From the human T2T-CHM13v2.0 reference genome, Homo sapiens, in NCBI RefSeq assembly GCF_009914755.1, contig NC_060935.1: 64,000 nucleotides of DNA. One strand, written 5' to 3'. The first letter of the stretch is position 1. Each line of letters opens with the position of its first letter. A model generated the notes under the pieces. That model was not told where the DNA came from, made no database searches, and worked only from the letters and a program-made list of their open reading frames with translations. This document shows, one piece after another, positions 1-13,538 of the stretch. The position numbers and the translations under genes are program-made.

Positions 1-1746
1 GATCATGTAGTGCTCTAGTCTCCTGCCAATGGATGTCTGTTTCTTTTTCCCCCTCAATTTTATGCTATTACAAATACAGTTGTGGACATTTTTGTGCATA
101 CTGCTCAGGGCACACATGCAAGAATTTTGAGGAAACAGTTTTTCGATTCTTTGATCACCACTCCCATAAGAAATACATTTTACATTGCAACCCAGCATAA
201 CACAGATTCATGTAACCAGAAGCAATTATCACAAAATAATACTTACTATGAATGAGATAGTTTCTTTTCTATTTTATTCTGTTTCTTTACAAAAAACATT
301 TCCAGGCTCCTTAATGGGTCACACTCGGCAGTTTGAACAGTTATGTTCTAGACGTGAGCCTAGGACTGAAGTCATTCATTGGGTTGTATAGTATGCAAAC
401 TGTCCACTTCACACAATGATTTAAAATTGTTTCCACAGTGGTCATCTCCATGATAATATCCCACCAGCTGCATATCACTGTCCCCATTACTCTACAACCT
501 GTTGTGGATATTTTCTGTTGTCAGATATTTTCATTTTTGCCAATCTAGAGGTAAAAGATGGCTTTAATGTGATTACACTGTAATAGAGCTGGACTTTTTT
601 CTCTGTGTTTATTTGTCATTCCTGTTTCTTCATCAGTGATATGTTTTTCATGCCGTTTGCCCGTTTTCCAAGTGAGTTGACATTATTATTGTTGTTAATT
701 TCTTATTCTGAATACTAAACCTTTGTCATTAAGTATAGCAAATATCTCCTTCCAGTTTGTGGCTTATTTTTTCACTTTTAAAAATTGTCTTCTGTTGAAC
801 AGAATTTCTTAATCCTAACATACTTGAATGCTGTGATTTTTGTGTCTTAAGACATCCTTTGTCACCCTGAGGTCAGAGTTTTCATCTAAAAACCCCAAGG
901 TTTTGTCTTTTACATTTAAATCTATTTGACATCTGAAACTGATGTTTGTGTATGGTGTGAGGTAGGAGTCTAGTTTTACTTTTTCCCATAATGATAACTT
1001 GTACTGTAACCTGGTTCCAGGGGCAGACTGCCTCCCCTTTTCCTCATGATGGGCTATGCCACCTTTGTCACATATCTGATTTCTATTTGGTGTGCATCAG
1101 TTTCTGGGCTATCTCTTTGGGTCTCTTGGTCAATTTGTCTGTACTGCATTAAAATTACTGTGTTTCAATTATGATAGCTTCATAGTAATCTTGCCACATG
1201 GTAAGAGAAGCTCCCATCTTTTTTTCTCCTCTTCCCTCTCCTCCTCTTTCTTCAGGAATGTCTTCATTATTCTTGGTTTTCTGCTCTCAAATTTCAGAAT
1301 TAGCTTTTCAAATTCATCTAAAACTGTTAGGATTTTCATGGGAACTGCAATGGACCTATCTATAGAACAACCTGGGGAGAAATGACATATTTCTGATCTT
1401 GAGTCCCCTGTCTATAAATACATCTTTTGATTTGTTTAGGTCCTTTTCAATAAAGTTCCATAAATGCTTTCATACAGGTGTTGCACATGTTCTGTTAGAT
1501 TCATTCCTAAGTGCCTTATCATTTTTATTGCTGCTTTCAATGTCACCTTGTATGTGTTTTCTAATTTTTGCTGGTAGAGAGAAAAGCAACTGATCTTTAC
1601 ATATTGATCTTAAATCCAATAATCTTGTTAAACTCCCGAATTATTTGTAATAACTTACCTAGAAATGCCTTTGGGTTTTCTCTGTAGATATATCATCTTC
1701 AAATGATATTGTTCCTTCTTTCTAATTCTCACGCTGTTTATTTCTA

Positions 1747-2494
1747 TTTTTTTTTAGAAAATTATAGTTTTTATTTTATTTTATTATTCTTTAAGTTTTA
1801 GGGTACATGTGCACAACGTGCAGGTTTGTTACATATGTATACATGTGCCATGTTGGTGTGCTGCACCCATTAACTCGTCATTTAACATTAGGTATATCTC
1901 CTAATGCTATCCCTCCCCCTCCCCCCACCCCACAACAGGCCCCGGTGTGTGATGTTCCCCTTCCTGTGTCCATGTGTTCTCATTGTTCAATTCCCACCTA
2001 TGAGTGAGAACATGCGGTGTTTGGTTTTTTTGTCCTTATGATAGTTTTCTGAGAATGATGGTTTCCAGCTTCATCCATGTCCCTACAAAGGACATGGACT
2101 CGTCATTTTTTATGGCTGCATAGTATTCCATGGCGTATATGTGCCACATTTTCTTAATCCAGTCTATCATTGTTGGATATTTGGGTTGGTTCCAAGACTT
2201 TGCTATTGTGAATAGTGCGGCAATAAACATACGTGTGCATGTGTCTTTGTAGCAGCATGACTTCTAATACTTTGGGTATATACCCAGTAATGGGATGGCT
2301 GGGTCAAATGGTATTTCTAGTTCTAGATTCCTGAGGAATTGCCACACTGACTTCCACAAAGGTTGAACTAGTTTACAGTCCCACCAACAGTGTAAAATGT
2401 TCCTATTTCTCCATATCCTCTCCAGCACCTGTTGTTTCCTGACTTTTTAATGATCGCCATTCTAACTGGTGTGAGATGGTATCTCATTGTGGTT
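1747..2494 (-). mobile_element. 5'-truncated L1PA (L1PA3-5-like) 3' end
   Basis: Canonical antisense 3'UTR (gggtacatgtgcacaacgtgcaggtttgttacatatg). ORF2 C-terminus [17 protein letters not shown]. Approximate TSD ttatt(tc/ta)tattt. Confidence 0.92.
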
Positions 2495-4036
2495 ATTTAT
2501 ATTTCTTGTCCTAGTGTACTGGGTAGGAATTCCAGTGAAATGCAGAATAAAAACAATAGCAAACACACACGCACACAACACGTGCACACTCACACACAGT
2601 CTTACTACTGATTTTAAATAGAGTTTTTCTAATGCTTTGAAAGTTCCCCTCTAATCCTGGTTTCCAAGCTGTTTCTGTTTTATGTTAATTATGAACGAGT
2701 GTTCTATTTCTATGGTTTTTGTCCTTAAATCTACCAATGAAGTAAATTGTATGTATGGATTATCAAGTGTTAAATCATCCCTGCATTTCTGAAATGAAAC
2801 CAATTTTTTTTTTTTTTAATAAACAGATGGATTTGGCTTACTGACATTTTGTTTAGGATTTTTGCATCTATGTGCATGAGTGAGATTGGTCTGCAGTTTT
2901 TATTTTATTGTATTAACCTTGCCTGGTTTGGGGATGGCAGTACTGGCCTCACAGAACAAGTGTCCACTCTCCTGCTAGCTCCCTGGAAGAGTTTGCAGAA
3001 GATTCGAATTATCTGTTCTTTGAGTGTTTGGTGGAACTAACCTGTAAAATCATCCGGGCTTGGGACTTTCTTTGTGGGAAGATCTTAAATGGCCCATTCA
3101 ATTAATTAATGGTTATGGCACTCTCCAGATATCTATTTCTTCTTTAATAAATTTAGTGAGTTATAATTTTTAAAGGAATTTTCCCTTTTCTGCTTTCAAA
3201 TGTTTTGCCATAAAGTTATGCCTGTTTTTTTCATTCCTAATGTTACTTGTGACAACTCCCTTTCTTCTTGGTCAGTTTCACCAGAGGTTTAACAATGCTT
3301 ATAGTTTTTTTGAAGAAACCAACTCTTGGTTTCATTAATCCTTTTTATTGTATGTTTTAAAATTTTCTTAATTCTGCCCTTAAACAATCTCTGGGTTTCT
3401 TCTATTGTTCTTTTTTATGTTTATCTTGTTATGTTGGATACCTAGTTCATTAATATTTAGCTTTTCTTATTTTCCAATATAAGCATTTAAGACTGCAATG
3501 TTCCCTCTAAGTGCTTTTAAAGTATAATACTAAGAACTAAACAATAATCAATAACCACACTTCAAAGCTTCTGTAAGGGGGTGAAAGTACTCCATCATAG
3601 TTGGATTGTTGTTTAGTTCTCAGTATACTTTAAACCTCCTTACAATTTCTTGCTTTACCTATGCATTAAGAAGTGTGTGTTTTAAATATCCAAATATATA
3701 GTGATTTTTATTTGCTTTTGTTATTGACTTCTAACTTAAGTGCACCAAGGTCACAAAACATGGTCTGTATGATGTACAGATGCCTTGAAACGTGTTGAGA
3801 CTTGCTTTATGACCTAGTACATGGTCAGTTATTAAAAGAATTATATTTCATATGTGCTTGGAAAATTGTGAATTCCTTCATGGTTGGGAAGAAAGTTCTA
3901 TATGCCTATAAATTAACATTATCAACTGTGTTTAAATTTCTTTTTTTTTTTTTGACTGTTTATCCTACCAAAAATCAAGATCAGCACTTTAAAATCTACC
4001 ACTAAGTGGAAGGATTTATAAATGTATCCCCATATT

Positions 4037-4718
4037 TGAAACAGAGGGGTTAATCTGATCAGGTCTGCCTGCACTGCTTGCTTTTGGTCGCTTGCTTTTT
4101 GTTATTATATTTTATTTTTTTTCCTTTTTCCATGAAGCTGAAGGCCGTGGTAGCTGAAGGCCTCGGTAGCTGAAGGCCTCGCCACTGCATGCTGAAACTT
4201 AACCTTCACTGGTTACTTTACAGATAACATTCATAGGTCACCCTGGTAATGGTTACTTCAGTTGTTTTTCAGGAATTTGGGCTAGCTCCTGTCCAGTTCA
4301 AACAGGATGAGACCACCCACCCTTCAACTGGGCATGTGCAAGTGCTCCGAAGGGTAGCCTTTGACATCAGAGGGCTAAAAACTCCACCCTCAGGTCACAC
4401 TAATGCCACCATTTCCTGTACATATGTCCTGTGGAATGCCACAAACCCTGACTACGCTTGCTCAGAATGAATCTGCCATTTCATTTCTCCCCACTGCCAA
4501 TCACCTTTCCCTATGCCTCAGACCACCCCACTTCCCTTAACAGTAAATATCCCTAAGCCTTATCTTTGGGGAGGCGGATTTGAGAGCCGTTCTCCGGCCT
4601 CCTTGCTTGGTGGTCTTCTGAATAAATCTTTTCTCTTTTGCAAAATCTGTGTCACAGTGATTGATTTACTGAGATTTACTGAGTGTGGGCAGAACAGACC
4701 TGAAGCTGGCCGATAACA
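4037..4718 (+). mobile_element. ERV1-class solo LTR (subfamily not assigned)
   Basis: TG...CA ends (tgaaacagagg...cgataaca), TATA-like gtaaatat, AATAAA at 4621, U5-like tail. Confidence 0.7.
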
Positions 4719-5061
4719 TGTCTCTTAGAATATTCTAACAGATAGTTTAAAACTGTTACTGTCCTCTGAGTTGGGTCTTTTAGAATTATGTAGTGATCCT
4801 CCCTGTCTTAAATTCTATGTTACTCTCTACCTTTCTGTGTCCTTATGTGTTGTGTGTGCATCTTATAAACAGCAAAGAGATGGATTTTTGAAAAATTCTG
4901 TATTGTCAGGCTTTCTGTATTAATTGTCAAATTTACCCCATTTAATTTACTTATTGTGACTATTGATGTAGTTGGTCTGCTTTCTGCCATCTGTTTTTTC
5001 CCTATGGGAATGTGCTTGTTTCTTTTTCTTTCCTTGCCCTTTCTTTTTTCTGGATTAGTTA

Positions 5062-5196
5062 TTTTTATTTTTATTTTTTTGGGGGGCGGTCTCACTATGT
5101 TACGTAGGCTGGTCTCGAACTCCTGGGCTCAGGTGATCTGCCTGCCTTGGCCTCCCAAAGTGCTGGGATTATAGGCATGAGCCACTGCCCCTAGCT
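5062..5196 (-). mobile_element. FLAM / Alu left monomer
   Basis: Single Alu arm with T-tail; TSD-like ttagt(t/g)attttt. Confidence 0.8.
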
Positions 5197-5511
5197 TAGT
5201 GATTTTTTTTTTTCTTATTCCTTTTCTCCCTCTACTGGTTTAGAAATTATAGAAACTATTTTAATCTTTTAGTGGTCATCTTTGTAATTTTTCCATGTGT
5301 ATTCAATGTAAAAAAGACCAAAAAAATTCAGAGTTAATACTTATAATAGTTATTAGGCAGAATACCCTCCTTGAAAATACAAAAATACAAATCATCCCCT
5401 TCCTGATACATATGCTATTATTGGAGAATATTTCAGTTCTTTTTAAAATTCTATAAAATAGATACTAATATTCGTACTTCATGAAAACTATGTTTGTTTG
5501 GATTCACCCAT

Positions 5512-6013
5512 GTGTGTAGTAGCCAGCCTGCAAGACAGCTCCCAGTATCTCCTAGTATTCAGATCCTTGTACAGTCCCCTCCCACACTGCACCAGGGTTG
5601 GTCTGTATGACCAGGAAAATATGGCAGAAGTAATGGTATGTCACTTTCGATATGAGGTTATAAAAAGCAACACAGCCTCTTGTGTGCTCTCTCTCTCTCC
5701 CTCCCTCTCGGATTGCTTGTTCTGAGTCAAGCTAGCTGCCATGTCTTAAGGATATTCAGGCACCCCTGTGGAGAGGCCCATGTGGTGGCCTCACTCCAAA
5801 AGCCTGCTAAGAAATACAGCCTGCCATGAACCACATAAGTGAGCTTGGAAACAGATCTTCCGGCTTCATGAAAGACCTTGAGCCAGAACCACCCACTGAA
5901 GATTCTCCCTGATTCCATACCCTCAGAAACTGTGTGAAATATCAAACGTTTGCTGTTTTAGGCTGCTGAGTTTGGAAGTAATTTGCTATGCAGCAATAGA
6001 TAATGAATTTACA
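5512..6013 (+). mobile_element. MLT1 (MaLR) LTR
   Basis: Typical MLT1 text, ending gtaatttgctatgcagcaatagataa. Confidence 0.75.
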
Positions 6014-6172
6014 ACATATGTACTGATTTGTTCACCATTGTTTTTGAACGTTAGTCATCCTTCATGCCATTTTCTTTATTCCTAAAGAACATCTTTCAAA
6101 ATTTTCTTTAATGAAGATCTGTTCGTTAGAAACTCTGTTTCTGTTTATTTGGAAATGTTTTCATTTCACCTT

Positions 6173-6776
6173 TGTGGCAAGAGACCCTACGGCGATCCCC
6201 AGTCATTCCAGCCTTCTAGTGTTCAATGCTTTGAGTAATCTCTTTCCTTTGAATACTGGCAGGAGCTGCAACATACTTTTAACCAACAGAATGTGGCAAA
6301 AGTGGCAAAAGGACAGCTCTCAGATGATGGTGTTATATCATATAAGACTCAATCTTGCAGGCTGGAGCTCGAGAATTTTCTCCCTTGCTGGCTTGAAAAA
6401 GCAAGCTGCTATGTCATGAGACAGGCTATGGAGAGAAGCACAGGATAAGGAATTGTGGGAAGCCTCTAGCAGCTGACAGCTGCCCCTGGCCAGAAGCCAG
6501 CAAGAAGATGGGAACCTCAGTTCTTCTACCACAAGGAGATGAATACTGCCAGCAACCTGAGGGAGTCTGGAGGCAGATCTTTCCCCAGTCAATTCTCTTA
6601 TCAGACCACAACCTTAGCCAGCACCTAGACTGTAGTTCGGTATGATGCTGAAGCAGAAAATTCAGCTAAGCTGTGCCAGACCTCTGACCTAAAGAAACCA
6701 TTACATAATAAACATGTGTTGCTTTAAGCTGCTGGGTCTGTGATCATTTGTTATGCAGCAATAGAAAACTAATACA
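6173..6776 (+). mobile_element. MLT1 (MaLR) LTR
   Basis: Starts tgtggcaag, ends ttgttatgcagcaatagaaaactaataca. Confidence 0.8.
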
Positions 6777-7894
6777 ATCCTAACCTTGAAAGGTAGTTTG
6801 GCTATGTACACAATTCTAGGCTGATAATTATTTTTGCTCTGCACTTTTAAGATGTTATTCCACTGCTATCTGGCTTCCATGATTGCTGTTGAGAAGTCTG
6901 CTGCTTATATCATCATTCCTTTATAGATGTCCTATCTTTCTTCTCTGCCTCCTTTTATTTTCTTCTTTTTGTGTTTGCTGTTGTGGGTTTCATCACAAGT
7001 CTGAAACACAACATAGAACTGATTGTCGTGAGTTTCATCAGACTTGAAAGTCCTTTACCTATAGGTTCATCCTTTTCATCGTTATGAAAAATTCTTATCT
7101 CTTCAAATATGGCCTCTCCTCCATTCTCCCCACTTTCTCTTTCTGAGACTGTGACTAGAAGCAGGTTAGACATCCTCATTCTATTCTCCATATCGCTTAA
7201 CTGCTCTTTCATATTTTCCACTTCCTTCTCTATGCTACATTCCAGGTAATTATTTCATATTTGTTTTCCATTTTCTGACTTCCTTTTTAACTGTTTTTAT
7301 TTGCTGCTTAACCCACTCATTTACTTTTGTGTTTCAATGGTCATATTATTAATTTCTAAAGGTTCTATCTGGTTCTTTTTGAAATTGCCTGGGCATTTGT
7401 GTTAGTCTTTGTTGTTCACTCATTTTGTGTTCTCATCTCTTATTCTTTCAACATTTCTTACAGTTATTTTATATTCTGTATCTGATAATTCCAAACTCTT
7501 AAATCCTTGGGGGTCAAAATCTACTTTTTGTTTCTGTGCCTTTCAATCACAGTGACTTGTTTTTTCCTGTGTTTGGTAATATATTCGATTGTGAGCTCAT
7601 ATTTGCTAGATTTTAATCTGTGGGAAATTGGTAGTCCTAAAATGGGACACTTTCTTTCAGAGAGCATTTGCTTTGCTTTTTCATGGAGGCTGGGGGCAGC
7701 AGATACCAACCTGAGATCACTTTAGCCCCTCTCAAGGGTTCTTGGCTTCATGCAGGTAGTCTCAGGTTTGGCTTCCCAACCTTGCTGGACTCAATGCTGA
7801 TTAGCCTACAGAATGCAGTAATGTCAATGAGGGTGCATTCTAAGAGTAACTATGGCTTAAGTTCTGGCTAAGCTTCACATACTCCAGTGCTAGT

Positions 7895-8194
7895 TTTTGT
7901 TTTGTTTTGTTTTGTTTGAGATAGAGTCTCACTGTGTCACTCAGGCTGGAGTATAGTGGCACAATCTCGGCTCATTGCAACCTCTGCCTCCTGAGTGATC
8001 CTCCTGCCTCAGCCTCCCTAGTAGCTGGAACTACAAGCATGCACCACCATGCCCAGCTAATTTTTGTATTTTTAGTAGAGACAGGGTTTCACCATGTTGG
8101 CCAGGCTGGGTCTCGAAATCCTGACCTCAAGTGATCCTTCTGGCTCGGCCTCCTTAAGTGTTGGGATTTCAGGCATGAGCCACCATGCCTGGCC
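7895..8194 (-). mobile_element. Alu (S-like, small internal deletion)
   Basis: Antisense Alu consensus with a (GTTTT)n tail. Confidence 0.9.
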
Positions 8195-11100
8195 CAGTTA
8201 TCTCATGGGGTTTTTGTTTTGTTTTGTCTTTTTGGTAGTGTTTGGTGTGGGGAGAGTAACGGTGACTTAAGATTGGATGATTTTCATTCCTTCTTTAAAC
8301 CAAGCTGTGTAATAGTAAACCTGGGATTAATTATTTTAAAGTGGAAAGTCCCCTTATGATTCAGGCAGTCATACAGTCCTAAAATATCTTCAATCAAAGT
8401 ATGAAATAAGGTAAGTTTTGAGCATCTGCTATCTGTAAAACACCTCCCTCCCTCCCTCTCTCCTTCTCTTTCTTTCTCCAGTTTACTGCTGCTTCCTAGC
8501 CCAAGTCCCATCTCCAAATTACACCTGCTCCTTGCTTAGCCAGTGAGGAGGGAGACTGGAGTCAAGATGTGGAAGGTAGATGAAACAACACATTAAGGCC
8601 TTCAAATCTTAGGGGCCATGGTGTGAATATTGGATGTGAGGTGAGAGAGGGAAGGACAAATGGACCAGGCTTCCCACAGTGGCCTCTTGACCAGCTCTAG
8701 CCGGAAGAGGGAGTGCAGTGTTGGCAATAGGGCTCTTCCTGCCCCCTGGGAATAGGGAAAGCACATGTCAATGGCTCTGGGCCACCAGGGACAATGGGCA
8801 GCAGTTCAGGTTGCTGCTGTGCCTTCCCTTCAAACCCCAACAATCACCTCCATTGATGCTCAGGTTCAAATCCATTACACAAGCCAACACTGAACTCCTA
8901 GAAAGGGCCATACTATTCTGGGTTCTGCAAAGGATAAGTAGGTGAACAAGATACAGCCTTAGCTACCAAGGAGAAGTAGGATTTGGTGGCAAAGGGCTCT
9001 GATCCATCAGCAAATATGACAAGAACTTCCCAACAGGTACAGACGCCATGCAACAATAGTCCAGAAAGACAGAGAGAAGGGGAGCAGAGAGCTCAACAGG
9101 GAGCTAGGGAAGTTTCCGTGGAGGAGCTGACATTCCAGCGGAACCTTAAGAGCAGGGTAGGATTTTGATAGACAGGGGGAAGGAAAGAGCAGAGGAAAGG
9201 CATTCCGGTAGAGAAGACAGCATGAGCAAAAGCAGTGAGAGGGGAAACAGAGAGTAGGAACAACAAATGGGATTCAGCTCAAGTTCAAGATCAGTTCAAG
9301 ATGAGCCTTAACGCATTTCATGCAGTAGTAACTGTCCAAAGTGGCTTCCCCAAATGAGGTCCAACAGGAGACGGCCTTCATCCACCAGTAATGTCTGCTT
9401 AGCCTAGGAGGGGGCTGTGACAGCAACCTACCAAATAGCTGCCATTTCTAGTGTAAGATATCTTCCAAAACAGTGAACAACCCAGTTGGACTAAAGCATG
9501 ATGGGGTGGGTGGTGAGAACTCAGATAAGATGGTTGGAATCAGATTGCAGAGGCTCTTGAGTGCCAAGCTAAAGAGTTAAGACCTGCCTTTGTATTCTAA
9601 AGAAAACATTTCTGATCAAGTGACAGTGTGAAAAGAAATACTGTCACAAATTTGAAAAGTGACCCATTCTCTACTCCTGCAAGCTGCTGTCCCAGCCTGG
9701 GCTACATCAACCACACCTCAGCATGGGCCCCTCGGGGTGGCGGGAGCGGGGAGGAGGGGGGCCTAAACCCATTTTTAAAAATCTCATCGGTGGTACGTTG
9801 GCACTGCCCCTGAGTCGAGTGGCCAAGTACATACACAGAACTTTTGAAGGGCCACAGAATGCCTTTGTCTCACTGCTGCACCCAGCTTGGCTTCCCTTCC
9901 ATCTCATATACCACCCCTCTGCACCTCCCACCCTCCCAGTGACCACACATTCCTTTCTCCCTCCTTCCAGAGAGGAAGCTGGGCTGCTGGAGGCTGGCTG
10001 GGGTGGGGAGGGTAAGAGGCTGGGTGGTGAAAAATCTCAGTTCCGGGCGAGAGATTCTAAGGAGTAGATGGAAGACAGGAAGGAGGAGTCACTGGGGGAA
10101 GGAGATCCAAGGCCGAAGTGAGCGGAGAGGGCACAGGAACAGGGCATGCACTGCCACCTGTGCACTGGGCCCTGGACCTTTGCCTGGGGGCCTGAGGACC
10201 TGGCTCGCCAGCACAGGGGGCCTGAGAAATCATCACTGCTGGAGTGGGGGACTCCCTGGCTGCTTCACTCTCTTGCTCCCCAACTCTTCCCCTCTAGACC
10301 ATTTGGACCACTCTCCCCATCTGGAGAATGGAACCAATCACACGTTGCTGCCTCCTCTAGGGTGTATTATGAGAACGAATTCTGTTTCCGCTCATTTTTC
10401 CTCTCCTTTCTGTGCTCTTGTTTATCTCCATATTGGCAAGCAGCTGAGGTTCTGGGTGGAAGCAGCACTTCCATGTTAATTTTCCTCTCTGATCCTCCTG
10501 CTTGGTTGCTGGCTGCATGTGCGGGAGAAAGCAATCAGAAGAGTTTCTCCGGCAATTATCTTCCCATACTGAGTCACATAATTTCACTTAATTGCTGGGT
10601 AAAAACTGCTCAGAAAGAGAAGCCACTAGTTGATGATATAGCAACATGCTCTATTATTTTTGATTCCACGCAGCAGTGAGGTAGATCAGAATACCCAGTT
10701 CCATTGTGAAAATAACTCAGAAACAACCTCCCTTGAAAATGCAGAGGCTCCAAATTACAGTGAAACTTCATTATCTCATCCTCATCCCTCCCTCCCGCTG
10801 CTCCCGAAGCTTCACTCGCCTCCCCTGGCATCCCACCTGCTTGCCTTCCTGCAGGCTCAGCCCACGGATGACAAGCTCTGAGGGGTCACCGGGCCTGGGT
10901 CTTAGCAGGATGCCCTGCTAAGAAAGATGAGGTCTCACTTCATACAGAACGTCCCGGAATGGGGCCTTTTATGAGGCCGCAGAATGCCTGGGCCCCACAG
11001 TTTAGTCTAAATGGTTACCCTAGACTATTATTATATGCAAAGGGATATGATTTAGCCTATGACGTATCTAGATCTTTGCAACCAAGAAGTCTATTAAAAA

Positions 11101-11812
11101 AAGATTCGACTGTGTATATATTGAGTATAACCAAGATGTGAGGTCTACCAGATGGAGTTAGCATCACAGAATTCATCACAGTTGGTTACAGTGATTGGGC
11201 TCCTGCTTTTTATTTGTGAAAATTGGGGCCCAAAGAGAGATGAGGTACCTGATTCATCCAGTTATTTAGGGGCAGGGCAGGGCTCAGAACATGCATTTCC
11301 CACTCTTGACTGCTGTTTTGATGTGCTGGGATTGGGAGGTGGGCAGAACAGGGCTGGCAGAGCAGTGGCCAGGAGGAACAGAGGGAAGGAAGGCTGAGCC
11401 CACCCCAATGCCAAAGGGAAGTGGGGTAGCCTGGCTGGAGCCAGGGAAGAGGGCGAGGCCCTGCAGGAATGGGGTGGCCAGGGACATGAGAGGGCAGGAG
11501 GGAAGCCACTGCCACTGATAGCCTCCTTGGATTGGAGATGGGAGGTGACAGTGCTGGCTTCAGGGAAGGCGAGGGATGGAATCATGTCTAGAATGGGTCT
11601 TCTGGAGGCATGGGGCCCAAATGCTCACTCTCTCACACAGGGGAGTAAACACGTGATGAGAACAGGTCTTTCCCATGATCCCCAGGTGATGTGGTGAGTT
11701 TAGTGCAGGTGGCTATTGCTGCAGCATGGATCTGTGTTGTGTAAGGTTAGACTAAGAATGAAAACAGGGAAGTCACAGACAAACTGGTCAGATGTATTGG
11801 GAAAGAAGTGGA

Positions 11813-12110
11813 TTTTTTTTTTTTTTTTTTGAGAAGGAGTCTCGCTCTGTAGCCCAGGCTGGAGTGCAGTGGCGCAATCTTGGCTCACTGCAACCTCTGC
11901 TGCCGGGTTCAAGCGATTCTCCTGTCTCAGCCTCCTGAGTAGCTGGGATTACAGGCACGCGCCACCATGCCCAGCTAATTTTTGTATTTTTAGTAGAGAC
12001 GGAGTTTCACCATGTTGGCCAAGATGGTCTCGATCTCTTGACCTCGTGAGCCGCCCACCTCAACTTCCCAAAGTGCTGGAATTACAGGCATGAGCCACCA
12101 CACCCGGCCC
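11813..12110 (-). mobile_element. AluSc-like
   Basis: Full antisense Alu with poly-T; tcgatctcttgacctcgtga diagnostic text. Confidence 0.9.
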
Positions 12111-13026
12111 AGGTGGAATATTTATATTCCTAAGACCTTAGCAAGTCTTACTGTCTGGGAGGAAAATAGGGGGAGAGTGGTCTGATCTATTCGTGCTAAG
12201 CAAGACCTCTTGGAGACAAAGGACTGGCCCCGAAGGCTTTTTAAGGCCTCCTTAGCCCTCTGTTTCCATGAAAGGGCCATGCCTGCACAATATCAGCCTT
12301 ACCATCAGTTCTCTATTCTCCATGCTCATGAACGGGACCTGGGGGAGTGGTCAGTATAAACCAGCAGAGAATGCCCAAACCCTGGCCTTGGCTTTGGAAT
12401 GTGTTTTATTTTTATGGGAATTAAGCCTCATAATGCTTTCAGACAAAAGATAAAGAATCCCAGAGAGGCCTCAGTACTGGAGAGGCTGGATGTTCTTCTC
12501 CTCGATCTTCCTTGGCACCCCACCCCAGCCCCACTCCAGCGTCCCCCTGCTTCCCATCCATGCTGGAGCATCCTGGTGCCCTTGGCATCCAACCAAAGTA
12601 CCTCCCCACTCACACACAGCTGCGTTTTTCTTCTCCAAACTGTCCCTCCTTTTTCTGCTTCCCGTCTCAGATGCTTTGGCTGAAGTTCTCTTGCAGGATT
12701 AAAAGGAAAATGAAGGACAAAAGGACAGTCGTCATCCACTTGGGGGACGTATGTCGAGCAGAGCTCCAGGGGGGCTTTCCCAGGGTCCCTCCTGGCTGAG
12801 CCCGGCACCCCTCACTCCCTCTCCATGTCAGGGCTGCTTTCTCCTCTCACCTTGGGTCCCATGTAACCACCAGCTTGGAAACAGGGGTAAGGACCACACT
12901 CAGCCTCACACCCCCAACTTTGTGCCCTAAACACTCTCCTGTCAAAGTTCCCAAGCCACAGGGACCCAGAGTCATGGCCCAGGTTCATCCTCTGTTTTTG
13001 TAAAACGGAGAGTCGATTCTGCTTCA

Positions 13027-13036
13027 TTTTCTTTTT

Positions 13037-13095
<59 letters not shown>

Positions 13096-13189
13096 CTCTC
13101 TCTCTCCTTCCTTCCCTTCCTTCCTTCCTTCCTTCCTTCCTTCCTTCCTTCCTTCCTTCCTTCCTTCCTTCCTTCCTTCTTTCTTTTCT

Positions 13190-13194
<5 letters not shown>
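13027..13194. repeat. Compound microsatellite (TTTC)n(TC)n(TTCC)n = expanded Alu tail
   Basis: Read directly; adjoins the Alu and lies inside its TSD. Confidence 0.95.

Positions 13195-13538
<344 letters not shown>

Larger units (their letters stand above)
400..7500 (-). mobile_element. Old fragmented L1M element(s), interrupted by L1PA, an ERV1 LTR, a FLAM and two MLT1 LTRs
   Basis: T-rich antisense L1 ORF2-like text at 400-4030. ORF 6955..7221 (MENRMRMSNLLLVTVSERESGENGGEAIFEEI) resembles L1 ORF1p. Confidence 0.75.

Noticed and set aside
11000-11150. AT-rich patch with a 7-bp hairpin (tagtcta...tagacta) in GC-rich surroundings
   Set aside because: No ORF homology, TSD or RNA-gene motif recognised; would need BLAT/Dfam to say more.
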